From positions 58,763,856 through 58,827,855 of the forward strand of contig JASCQW010000081.1 of assembly GCA_030264375.1 (NCBI GenBank): a DNA stretch of 64,000 bases, in the 5' to 3' direction. Source of the stretch: Carcharhinus longimanus (Eukaryota). Below are positions 13,001-25,000 of the stretch, one piece after another (within the stretch, counting starts at the first letter, position 1; every line of letters begins with the position of its first letter). The translations under genes were made by a program, and so were the position numbers. Below the pieces are notes generated by a model, which was not told the DNA's origin, made no database searches, and saw only the letters and a list, made by a program, of their open reading frames with translations.

Positions 13001-16000
13001 CAATTTAGCGATATGTGTAAAATATAAAAACCAACATGGGTTTGAAATGGAGGAAGGTGGAAGAGAGAAGGACCACCAAAGAAATGGGGTAAAGCTATAT
13101 TTGATACTTTAAATCCTGTCAGATCAAGTTCTAACTGTTAAAATTTCACTAAATTGTACTTGCACAAGTTTTTTTTTAAAAAAATCTGTTATTACCTCTC
13201 CATTTTTTCATGGAACGCTATACAAGCCAAAAACTGAAATTGCTGTAAGTCTCCTTGAGAACTCTGCTCAGAATGTTCTCCTGCACATTCTTTGCACACA
13301 TAGGCTTACCTACAATGTGTGTCCAGTACTTTATTTAGTTTCAGATTTCCAACTTGTGCAACCATTTTTCTATTTGTTGAACATAAATGTTTTGTAATTA
13401 AGAATAAAGAACAAAGAAAAGTACAGCACAGGATTGTTTTAAGTAAAATTGAATAGTAGCAAAATTTTATTTTAAAACATTTTTGTCTGGGTCCAAGATT
13501 TCTGAAACCTGGAGGAGGTGTTGTTGGTGCTTTATTCAATATCTTGTTGCAAGCTGATGCCTGTTTGTGTGTTTCCAGGGCTGTGATTCAGATATTTCTT
13601 CTATGGTAATGGAAGCTGAGAACAAAATAAGCCAAACAATTAGAAGACTTGTAAAGCACAAAGGTCATTTGTCAGCAATCATGAGCAAGGAGCTGCATTT
13701 TGACGAAGAGAACATGGANNNNNNNNNNNNNNNNNNNNNNNNNNNNNNNNNNNNNNNNNNNNNNNNNNNNNNNNNNNNNNNNNNNNNNNNNNNNNNNNNN
13801 NNNNNNNNNNNNNNNNNNAACAATTAGAAGACTTGTAAAGCACATAGGTCATTTGGCAGCATTCATGAGCATGGAGCTGCATTTTGACGAAGAGAACATG
13901 GATGATTCACCCAGTTACAAGGTACTGTGTTTTTGCAGCTTTGAATAAGAAAGCATTCTAGACATTGATAATTCGATGTGAATTTTGTTCTTGCTCCTTT
14001 TTAACAAATTTGATGTCAAAATGTGGGCATCAACACTATATGAGCTGCAAGTGCATTTTAAATGTGCTGTCTTTATATACAAAGCAGAAATACTAGAACA
14101 ATCTAGCAAGTTCAATAGATTGTTTGCCAAGTTTATCAAGTTTTACTTGCAACTCAGGACTGAGTCAAACTTGTGCCACCCTGAATGTGCCCCTAATGAT
14201 CAGACTGAGGTGTGGCTTTCATGGGATGAAGGTACTGGAATAGAAGGACACAAAATAAACTTTGTGTTTATAGTAACTAAGGATCCCAAATTTCTGGAAT
14301 ATTCTTAGTTGTGACAAGCCCCCTTTCAGGCATTGCATAATCTTCAGTGATATTTATGGGGAGACTTCAAGGTGGTTGTCATCATTATATGTAACCTATA
14401 GTTGATTTATTTGATTTGTCTACTTTTCTTTCCCTATATCCAAATTCTTGCTTTTATAATCAAGTGTGATTTTCCTGGCAAGAATTTGTATGACACACAA
14501 CTCTGAAATCCTCCAATGATCTATTCTTCGTCCCATCCTCTTATCTGTTTCTGTGGCATCGACTGCAGGCACTGGGTCAGCTTTTATATCTACTTTTAGT
14601 TCTCTGTTGGTTGACCCCACAAACAACAGTTTTTGTAGTGCACGACTACTTTTTGATGGATGAGTTAAATTTCCTTCACTAAATGTCCGGAAGACCAGAG
14701 CCATTGTTTTGACTCCGTCATAAATTCCATTCCTTTGCTACTGACTCCATCTGTTGCCTTGGCATTTGGCTATGTTTTAACTCTACATCTTAGCTATTGC
14801 TGTCTGTTTACTTCCAGCTCCCAAATCACTTGCCTCTGCACCTATCCCATCACCTTTATGATATTTCTTGTTTTTTTAAATGTCCACTTGGACAGTTTCT
14901 CACATTCTACTGTCCGTAAACTTCAACTTGCGCAAAACCTGTTCACCTCATCCTGCTGATCAAATTGTTCCCTGGAATGTTTGAATTTAAAATCCTTTTC
15001 TCATCTTCAGAACCATCCTTGACTTCATTGTGCATTGTCCTAGTCCCACTGATAATTTACATACAACTCTCCCACATAAACACGTTCTTAAGAACGGGAG
15101 TCAACTATTCACCTCTATCTGTTTTGGCATCCAAGTCGATTATGACAGATCTATATCTCAATTTCATTTTCCTGCATTAGCTCCATATCTTTTAATGCCC
15201 TTGCCTAACAAAAGTATTATTAATTTCAGACTTGAAAATTTCAATTTTGGGGGAGTGAGTTTTGTATCTCCACTATCCCTTGTTTGGTAAAAATGTTTGT
15301 TGATTTCTCTCCTAAATAGATATACAAATTTTAGGAGTACAGTGGAATTGCCCACTTGAGGAAATAATGTGACATTATCTGTTGTTTCATAGCTTGTATT
15401 TTTTAAGACAGACCCTAATGAATAAAGGACACAGGGAGAAGAAATGGGCCCTCAGCTTCTAATAGACTAGAAACTTAGATTTGAAACCAAATTTTCAGGG
15501 GAAACTGAACTTGGTTGAGACAGTTACGTATTTGTATTTATTCCTATTGGCTCACTGGAGCTATGCTGTTTTAGTATATGCACCAGAAATATCACAGAAT
15601 CACTACAGTGCAGAAGGACGCCATTTGGCTGAACAAGTCTGCATCAACTTTGCGACAGAGCATCTTAGCCAGGCCTTGTTAGCATTAGTGAATGGGCTAT
15701 GCCTATTGTTCCAGTCATCAGGAAAGATAGATCTATAAGGAGTTGCAGAGACTTCAAAGTCACCCCAAATCCAATATTATGTGCTGAACGTTACCTTGTA
15801 TTGAAGACCTGTTTGTGGGATTGGCAGGAGTCCAAAATTTCAGAAAAATTGGCCTGAGCCAGGCCTATTTGCAGATGAATATGGACAAGAAGCCACAGGA
15901 ACTTCTGACAATCACAGTGTTCAAAGGCTTGTTCCAATACCGAAGATTGCTGTTTGGTATCACGTCTACTCCTATTTTATATCAAAGGGGAATGGATCTG

Positions 16001-19000
16001 ATCCTGAGTGGACTGAGCAGGGTCCAGCGCTATCTGGATGATGTCCAAGTCACTGGAAGAGATGAAGAGCAACACCATAGAAAATTGGATGCTACTCTCC
16101 AGAGATTCAAAGACTATGGTCTGAGATTACATAAGGACATAAGATTTTCCAATACTTGTTTGAGTATTTGGGACATGTGATTGATGCCACTGGCCTTCAC
16201 AAATCTCCTAATATTAAGGTCATCACAGAGACACCTGCAACTTGGAATATTAACCAATTAAGTTTCTTCCTGGGATTGTTGAATTTTTATGTCAGATTTG
16301 TCCAAAACTTAACAGCAGTTTTGACACCCTTACATAATCTCTTGCATCAGAACAAGACGTGGAAGTGGTCAGGCAATAATGTCTTCAGACAAGCCAAAGA
16401 AGCATTACTTAAGTCTGAAGCTCTCACGCACTTTGATCCTATTATACCTTTACAATTAGCTTGTGATGCATTCCTTTACGCTGTAGAACTGGTGGTCTCC
16501 CACGTTAAGCCATCAGGGGAAGAAAGATTGATTGCTTTTACTTCTTGAACCTTGAGCAAAGCTGAAAATAAATATGCCCAGGTTGAATGGGAAGCCCTAG
16601 GGATCATTTGTGAAGTCAAGGAATCGCAAATAAGAATGTATGGGAGAGAGTTTACATTGACGAACCATTGTTCACTTACCAACATTTTTGGACCACGTGG
16701 GAATTCTGTCATTTGCAGCAAGTAAAATGCCAAGATAGGCATCATTTTTGTCTGCATGTACTTACACCATCAAGTAATGGTAGTCAACTCTACATTGTAA
16801 TGTGGTGGACTTTCAAAACCACTGCCAGGCAGTTCATCAGGCTGCTGAAACGGGAACATCTTCTACTTTTAACAAGTACGCTACACATCTGTCACTTCTA
16901 GGCAAGTGAGAAAAGACACTTGGAGCGATCCCATGCTCTCAGAAGTGATGGATGTGGTTTTATGAGGAAAGTCTTCAGAACTAACAACTAACCTGAAACC
17001 TTACTACTCCAGGAGATTGGAGCTGTCAGTACAGTTAGGATGTCTTCTATGGGGGCTCATAGAGTAATCATTTCACTACCACCAAGGAAGCAGGCATTAG
17101 AGAAGCTACCTAAGGGCCATTGAGGAGTCTTGCACATGGAAGAAATAGCAATGAGTTATTTCTAGTGACCTGGTTTGGAGGCAAAAAATGAGGAGACAGC
17201 TGGAAAATCTTGTGAGAAAATAAGAAACCTCTCATCTTTACTGCTGCCGTATCCATGGGAATGGCCTGAAGAGGCTTGGCAACATGTGTAAGTGGATTTT
17301 GCAGTACTGTTCAAAGCGCATATGTTCTTGGTAATGATTTGATGCCAACACCAAATAGTTCAAAGTTGCTCTGATGACATTTAGCTCAGAAGTATTCAGT
17401 CTCTTTGGATTTTCCAATCATTTGGTAAGAGCCAGTGGACTTCAATTTGTTTCACTGGAATTTGAGAACTTCCTACAAGAAACTATCTGAACACCATCAC
17501 CCTGCTACTAATGGTCTGGCCAAACACTTCATTCAAACCCTGAAACACACTTCAAAAGGTAGCACGCAACAAGATTTGCTATCCAGCACCGTAAAAAATT
17601 CCTACTTGTCCACACATTCCACGACTAAAACTTCTCTGCCTTACTCATGATGAGTATGTTCCACATTTGATCTCTTAAGACCTACAAGAATTAAGGCAAT
17701 TGTGTGATAGCAATAATAGGCACAAGTGGATTGGTGGGAAGGCAAAACCCAGAGTTTTCCACCAATGACCAGGAAGTTTGACTCGGAATGAGTCAACAGG
17801 GGAGAAACTGGTTCCTGCCACCGTCCTTGCGCAGACTGGACTCCTCTCGCGCTATCCACACAGAGATGACCTTGTCTGGAGGATACATGCCGATTAGTTA
17901 TTGGCTGGAAGAACAAATTGCCAAATCTGGAACATGTTGAAAATTCAGCATCAGACTCCTGACTTGAACCTTCCTACAACCCTATACTGCCAGATGTCTT
18001 TTGAGAAAATCAATACTTCATCTTCTGTCATAACATAAAATCTGGCTAAACCAACCACCTGTAACACCAGTGGAACTGTGAAGACACCTGAGGCTTGCCA
18101 TCAACCCTTCTGAGAGCGATGACCTCCAGATGATCTGATTTATTAATAGTGACTAACTCATTGATTATTCATTTTGAACTTGTTTTGAACTTATTTGAGG
18201 ATATTCAATTTAAGAGGGGAGGAAATGTTATGTAGTTGTATTTATCCTATTGGCTCACTGCAATTCTGCTGTCTTAATGTATGCACAAAAATGATGTAAT
18301 AGACCTAGCACGGAAAACAGAGAAGCAGCAGATGGAAGAGATCACACACTGTTAATAAAGCTCCATTTGTTTCTAGCCAAAGTGTGTCCTGCTTATCAGG
18401 TCTCCAATGCATAACAGAAACCACATAAATTCACCAAGCCATCTGAGCTCAGATGAAGATGATGATCATAATAGTTCTGTATCGGCAAGCTAAAGAAGAC
18501 AGGCTGGATTTAGAAGCTGAGAATTGGCAAATATACAGCTAAAGCTGTTTCTCTCACTTGAAATTAACAGTCTGGATGGTGTAGATCCACCAATCATGAA
18601 CCTAATTCAGGTTCTGCAGTTGTGTACCATTTTCTGGTCAACACTAACTCTGGAACTCGGGTAGGTTGTGTGTTGCTGTAGAGTGGGAATCTGGCTAAAT
18701 CCTAAAAGAAGAGGAGTTGAAAGTCTTTGAGGAAGATGGTATTTTGGAGGACTTTGTGATTGAGATTGATGACATATAAGCTGAGTGGATTGCTAAATTG
18801 ATTTGTAAGATCTGTCTGTGTTAATTGTTTCTGCCATTCATTGTGTGATATGTAGTTTATAATTAACCACTATTTAATTATAGGTGGCTGTCCAAGATAG
18901 TGTTTACTTTGTTTGACTCCAAAAATTTTGTTTAAATCATAAAATCACGTGGTTTCATTTTTTCAGTAAATCATTGGGATCTTAGATTTCTACACTTTAC

Positions 19001-22000
19001 ATACGTTACTGGGCTTGGTGACATCATGACAACAATTTCCCATTCCCTGTCCATGAGTCTGAAAGACGTGCTAGTTACGTGCATTGGCCATGCTAAATTC
19101 TTCCTCAGTGTACCCGTATGGGCACCGTAGTGTGGCAATTAGGAAATTTTCACAGTAACCTCATCGTAGTGTTAGTGTAAGCCTATGTGTGACACTAATA
19201 ATTAAACTTAAACAGTGCTCCAACTTTGGGCTTTAGTGCATCCCTTCTCATCTACCTGAGTATTAATAGTACAGCCTTCAGCTACCTTGGTCCTACAATT
19301 GGCTCCTAATTCTAATCCTCCTCTGCATTTTTGAGAACTTTTCGGTCAAGGTTTTGGTTATATTCCTCAACAGTTTCACTATAGTCTGGCATTCAATCAT
19401 TTATCCCTTTTTCTCTACCCCATACCAGGTCAAGTGGTCAAGGAACTAGGTCTTCTAATTGAAAAAGGAATAACTGGGATGAGAAAAGCATAGTACATAT
19501 GTGATTATTGATTACAGAGAATTATATTGTTAGTTACTTCCAAGAAATCTTGAATGCAAGAGGCAACTTTACACTTCATTAGTTTGTAGTGTAGAATCTA
19601 GCAGCACTGAACTGTTTCTGTTACAACGCAAAATGTAATTTCTATGAAATAAAGTTCATTACTGGACTCAGCTATCTAAATAACTGCAAATAATATGTGT
19701 CTCATTTTGATACTGAGTTTGGATTATGTTCCAAATGTTTTCACAGAGGAGTGTTATGTCCTGTCTTTTTGAGGGAGTAGAATCTGGAATGGAGAGCCTC
19801 CTAGATGCTGGCCTAAAAACTATAAAGGAACATCAAAAGTTGCTACAAGGACCATCAAAGACACAGGTAATCTGACTGTTTAAAACTCACCAGGTGGTGT
19901 TTAGTGTGCAAAATATAATGGGCGGGAGCAACAGATATATTATTTCAATAATTGCTTTGCTTCACATGACTATTGATGATCAAATTCTGTTTTGAGTTCT
20001 GGCGTTTCTACTTGACAATCGGGCTTCAGTGCAGTAAAATCTATACTATAATCCCACCCATGATATTTCTGAATATATCGGTTTATGCTGAATGCTGTCT
20101 AAGTTTGCACTGATCTAAGTTTGAAAAATGAATGAAGTTCTATTATTGAAATGTTGTCTTGAATTAATAAACATGCAAGATTTCAAGCTATCGTGTGATA
20201 TCCTACACAAAACACTAAAATGAAAAAAATAGAATGGACATTTACACGTGTAATATCATATTAAGTGGAGTTTATTGGCGTTTTATACAATGCCCTATTG
20301 CACCAAACGTGCCACAAAATGCCACTGCCAGTCGTCCTTTCCCAATTGGCTTGTTCGTGACTATGTTAAATATAAGTTGACTTTCTAAATCATTTTGGGA
20401 AAATCAAAACTATATTTGTTCAGAAGTTTATCCTGGGATAGGCCATCATGGATCACGATTGAGGTATTTGTTTGTTTCAAATAATTTTGATGTCCATGCT
20501 AAAATATTTGAGATTATTCATTTATAACAACTCTGTAACCACTTTTACCTGGCTTGTAATTTTCACTATTGTTTTCTCACCTATAACTGCTGGGCTATAT
20601 TAAAATATTTACAAGTTGAAGGAATTTGTTTGTGCCTCAGAAAGGTAGATATAATTTTCCAAAAGTTTTGTCAATTTAAATGTATAGTAGCATGAAATAA
20701 ACAAAAGATCTCAAGTGACGAGTAACATGACTGAGTAGCATAAGTTAATCCACGTATTACTGTCACCAGCAGTCCTCCAGGCAACTGCTTTGTTCCGATC
20801 TTTTCTCTTGGTAAATACAGAATGATGCATATCAGAACTTTGAAAAAATTATTGTATGTTAATGGAGTTAAGTGCAAGATGATTTGCATTAAGAGCTTCT
20901 TGGATGTTGTAATGTTATCTTGTGGCATTGATTCTAGCAATAAATGATTTCACTCATCACTTGAGATTTAATTGCCTTTCAATGCCTTTTGTTTAAGGTG
21001 ATGAACAACAGCTTTTGGCACAAATGTCTTTTTAGGAGGCCTTAAAAATCGATGCTCGTTCTGTACCCCCTCAAATTTCCATTTGCTTGCAAACAAGGCC
21101 CTTGTTATCCATGACCTTGGAGATGATTTGACACCATGAACTTGGCAGAAACTGATCTCAAGGATGATGACACTGTGCCTGTTTGAGGCTTTTCCACCTG
21201 GTACACCACCCTCTACCTGCTTTGCCCAAACCAGTGCAGTGGCCCTTATCCTACCTTGGACTTTTCTTCTGCTCCTATTTCACCTTCTGGTCTTTTTGGG
21301 CACTTTGCCTTGTGCCACATCTCTCTCATCCATTTAAAGTTCTTTTCTGTTGCATCCCAACCCATTCCAAGCTCCACATTTGAATTTCTTATTGAATGTC
21401 TTTCTTCACTTAGTTTCTGGGGATTTTAATCTCCATCTCAATTGACCTTGTTCTCTCTTGCAAGTACAGTGGGCTCCTTTCCTCCTTTTAACCTCTCATC
21501 CATATAAAATCTTTCAGTCATTTGTGCCCACGTTGGAATTTCACGTGGCTTCCATACTCTCCATATGTCCCCCAGCATTCACATCGTTCTTTCTCTCTTC
21601 CAACCCCACTTCCTTCTAAATCTACTTTCAAGGTGGAAGAGGAGACAGAGGAAAGAGAAACTCTTCTAAGTTACTTCCAGCTACACATTTAACGAACAAA
21701 CCCTTGATTCTCTCATTATTCTTCTGCTATCAATCTGCTCAATTACTCATTCACTTATGCCTTTGAATGCCCTTGTTTCCAGTTTAGACCTTTTCCCATC
21801 CTGTCTCTCCCCCGTACGACTTGTAAGTATAAGGATGAATATAGTGTTCAAGGGGAATTAAAGAAGGAAATATAAAAGCAAGGAAATATAAAAGCAAGGA
21901 AAGTATAAGAGACAGGCAGTTAACATAAAAGTTAATCCAGAAGTCTTGCACAGGCATATAAATAGTAAAGTGTGGTAAAAGGAAGAATTGAGCTGATTAG

Positions 22001-25000
22001 GGAAAAGGGGGGATTTTTGCATGGAGAGAGGGGCAGAGGTATTTAACTATTTTAGATCTGTCTTTACCAAGGAATAAGATGCTGGGCAGGTAATGGTGAA
22101 AGAAATACTGGTTCAGACACTTGAAGGATTTAAAATTGGTAAGGAGGAGGTATTGGATAAGTTATCTTTACTTGAAGTTACAAATACCAGGGCTGGTTGA
22201 GATGCATTTGTGGATACTGAGCGAAGTAGGAGTGGAAATTGCGGAGACGCAGGTCCTAAGTCTCCAATCTTCCTTGAAATCTGGTGATACAAGTTCGTGG
22301 AGAATTGCAAGCATTCAAAAAGGATATAAAGATAAGCACAGGTCAGTCAGTTTAGCCTCAATGGTCGAAAAGATTTTAGAAACTATAGTTTGGGACAAAA
22401 TTAATAGCCACTTGGAAAAATGTGTGTTAACTAAAGAAAGTCAACATGGATTTAAGGACAAATGATGATTAACTTGAGTTTTTGAAGAAACAACAAGAGT
22501 TGATGTAGCTAATATTGTTGATGTGATGTATGTGGACTTTTAAAAGGCATTTGGTACAGTACTGTGCAACATCTTTTGAGCTAAGTTATAGCTCGTAGAA
22601 TAAAAGGGACAGTAGCAACATTGATTTAAAATTGAGTCACAGGAAACAGAGCGAAATGGTTACTAGTTTGTTTTTTGGACTCGAGAAACGTTTATAATGG
22701 AGTTCCTAGGGACTGGTGTTGGGATTTGTTTTCCAAGTATATATAAATAAAATTAGATCTTGATGTACAGGGCACAATTTCAAAATTTGTGTAATTAATG
22801 ACCATAACTATCATAGTTGCATAAAACCTCTGGGGTTCATTCATGTCCTTTAGGGAAGGAAAGCTGCCATCCTTGCTAAAAGCCTGACCTATGTGTGACT
22901 CTGAAAGTAATGTGGTTGACTCTGCCTTCTGAGTTAGCTTAGCAAGCACTCTAAGGGCAATTAGAAATGGACGAAAGCTGGCCTTGCCAGCTGCACCCAA
23001 ATCCCACAAGCTTTTTTTTAAAAAAATGTATTCTGGACTTTATTGCTAGGGCATAGAATATTTAAGTTTTTATTGCTTTGTGAGGAGAACAAGATTGGTG
23101 AAGACAAATTTAGGCTCCTTACAGCAAGAAACAGGGGAGTCTATAATGGGGAACAAAGAAATGGCTGAGCAACTGAATACATAATTTGGTTCTTCCTTTA
23201 TAAAGGAGGACACAAATGACATCCCAGAAATATTGGGGAACACAGAGTTTAATGAGAGGGAGCAACTGAAGGAGATCAGCACTAGTAGAAAAATGATGCT
23301 GGGAAAATGTTGTGATTAAGGATGATAAATCCCCAGGGCCTGATCTACATCCCAGAGGAATGAGGAAATTACCTGAGAAATAGTTGATGCATTGGTGGTC
23401 ACCTTTCAAGATTCTAGAAACAGTGGAACAGTTCCCATATTGAAGGGAAGTTAAAGTAACCTCATGATTTAAAAAGGGAGGTCAAGACAAAACACGGAAT
23501 TATAGATCCGTAAGCCTGAAGTCAATATTTGGGGAAAATTCTAGAAACCGTTATTGATGATTTTATAATGCATAGCTGGAAAGCAGTGGCAGGATTGGAT
23601 AGAGTCAGAAGCAGAAAATGCTGGAAAATTTCAGCAGGTCTCACAGCATTTGTGGAGAGGGAATAGAACCAATGCTTTGATTCTTGATGCTCCTTCGTCA
23701 GAGCTTCGTCAGCTATAAATAGTGGAGTTGACGAGGTAGAGCCAGTGGATGTTATTTATTTAGACTTTCAGAAGGCTTTTAACAAATCCCATGTAAGAAA
23801 TTAGTGGGTAAAATTAAAGTACATGGGATTGAGGATATTGTGATAGATTAAAAAAAACTGGTTGACAAGCACGAAATAGAATAGCAATAAACAGGTCTTT
23901 TTCCAAACGGCAGGCAGTAATTAGTAGGGTATTGCAAGGATCATGCTGGGACCCTAGCTATTCACGATGTCTATCAATGATTTAGATGAGGGAACGAAAT
24001 GTAATGTCTCTAAATTTGCAGACAACAGAAAGCTGGGTGAGCTGAGGAGGATGCAGAGATCCTTCAGTCTGATTTGGACAAGTTGAGTAAGGGGGCAAAT
24101 GAATGGTAGATGCAATATAATTTTGATAAATGTGAAGTTATCCACTTTGGTAGTCAAAACAGGGAGGCAGATTACGATCTGAATGGCCATAAATTGAAGA
24201 GGGGAATGTGCAACGAGATATGGGTGTCCTTGTATACCAGTCACTGAAGGTAAGCATGCAGGTGCAGCACACAGTTTTAAAAAAAAAGCAAATGGTATGA
24301 TGGCCTTCATAGCGAGAGGATTTGCGTACAGGAGAAGGGATGTCTTGATGGGTTTATACAGGGCCGTGGTGAGACCACACCTGGAATACTGTGTGCAGTT
24401 TTGGTCTCATATTCTGAGGAAGGATGTTCTTGCCTCAGAAGGAGTGCAGAAAAGGTTTACCAGACTGATTCCTGGGATGGCAGGGCTGAGGTATGAGGAG
24501 AGAGTGAGTGGGTTAGGATTGTATTTACTGAATTTCAGAAGAATGAGGGAGGATCTCAGAAACCTATAAAATTATAGTAGGGCCAGAGAGGGTCAATTCA
24601 AGCAAGATGGTCCAAATGATGGGTGTGTCCAGAACCAGGGTCACAGTCTCAGGGTACAGGGTAGATGGTTTAGGACAGAGATGAGGAGAAATCCCTTCTA
24701 TCAGAGAGTGGTCAGCCTCTGAGATTCACGACCGTAGAAAGTAGTTGAGGCCAAAAGAAGCAGTTAGACATAACACTTGGGGCAAAGGGGATCAAAGAAT
24801 ATAGGATGAAGTCAGGATCAGGCTATTGTGTTAGATTATCAGCAATGATCACAATGAATGGCGGAGCAGGCTTGAAGAACTGAATAGTCTTCACCTGCTA
24901 TCTTTTTGGGTTTGTGTTTCTAAAACCAAGGCAGTTACGTTGAATTTATATAAAATTGGTTTGGTCTCAACTGGAGTATTGTGTTAGTTCTAGGCACCAC

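Noticed and set aside
15815-16548. RT/RNaseH ORFs as an active or domesticated gene
   Set aside because: Frameshifts and stops throughout pol; gag not seen.
20821-20862. Candidate KIF14 exon after ...aaatacag
   Set aside because: In-frame stop and no similarity to KIF14; the expected segment is found at 29427-29501.
21864-21902. 16-bp tandem duplication aaggaaatataaaagc
   Set aside because: Ordinary slippage within a decayed CR1.
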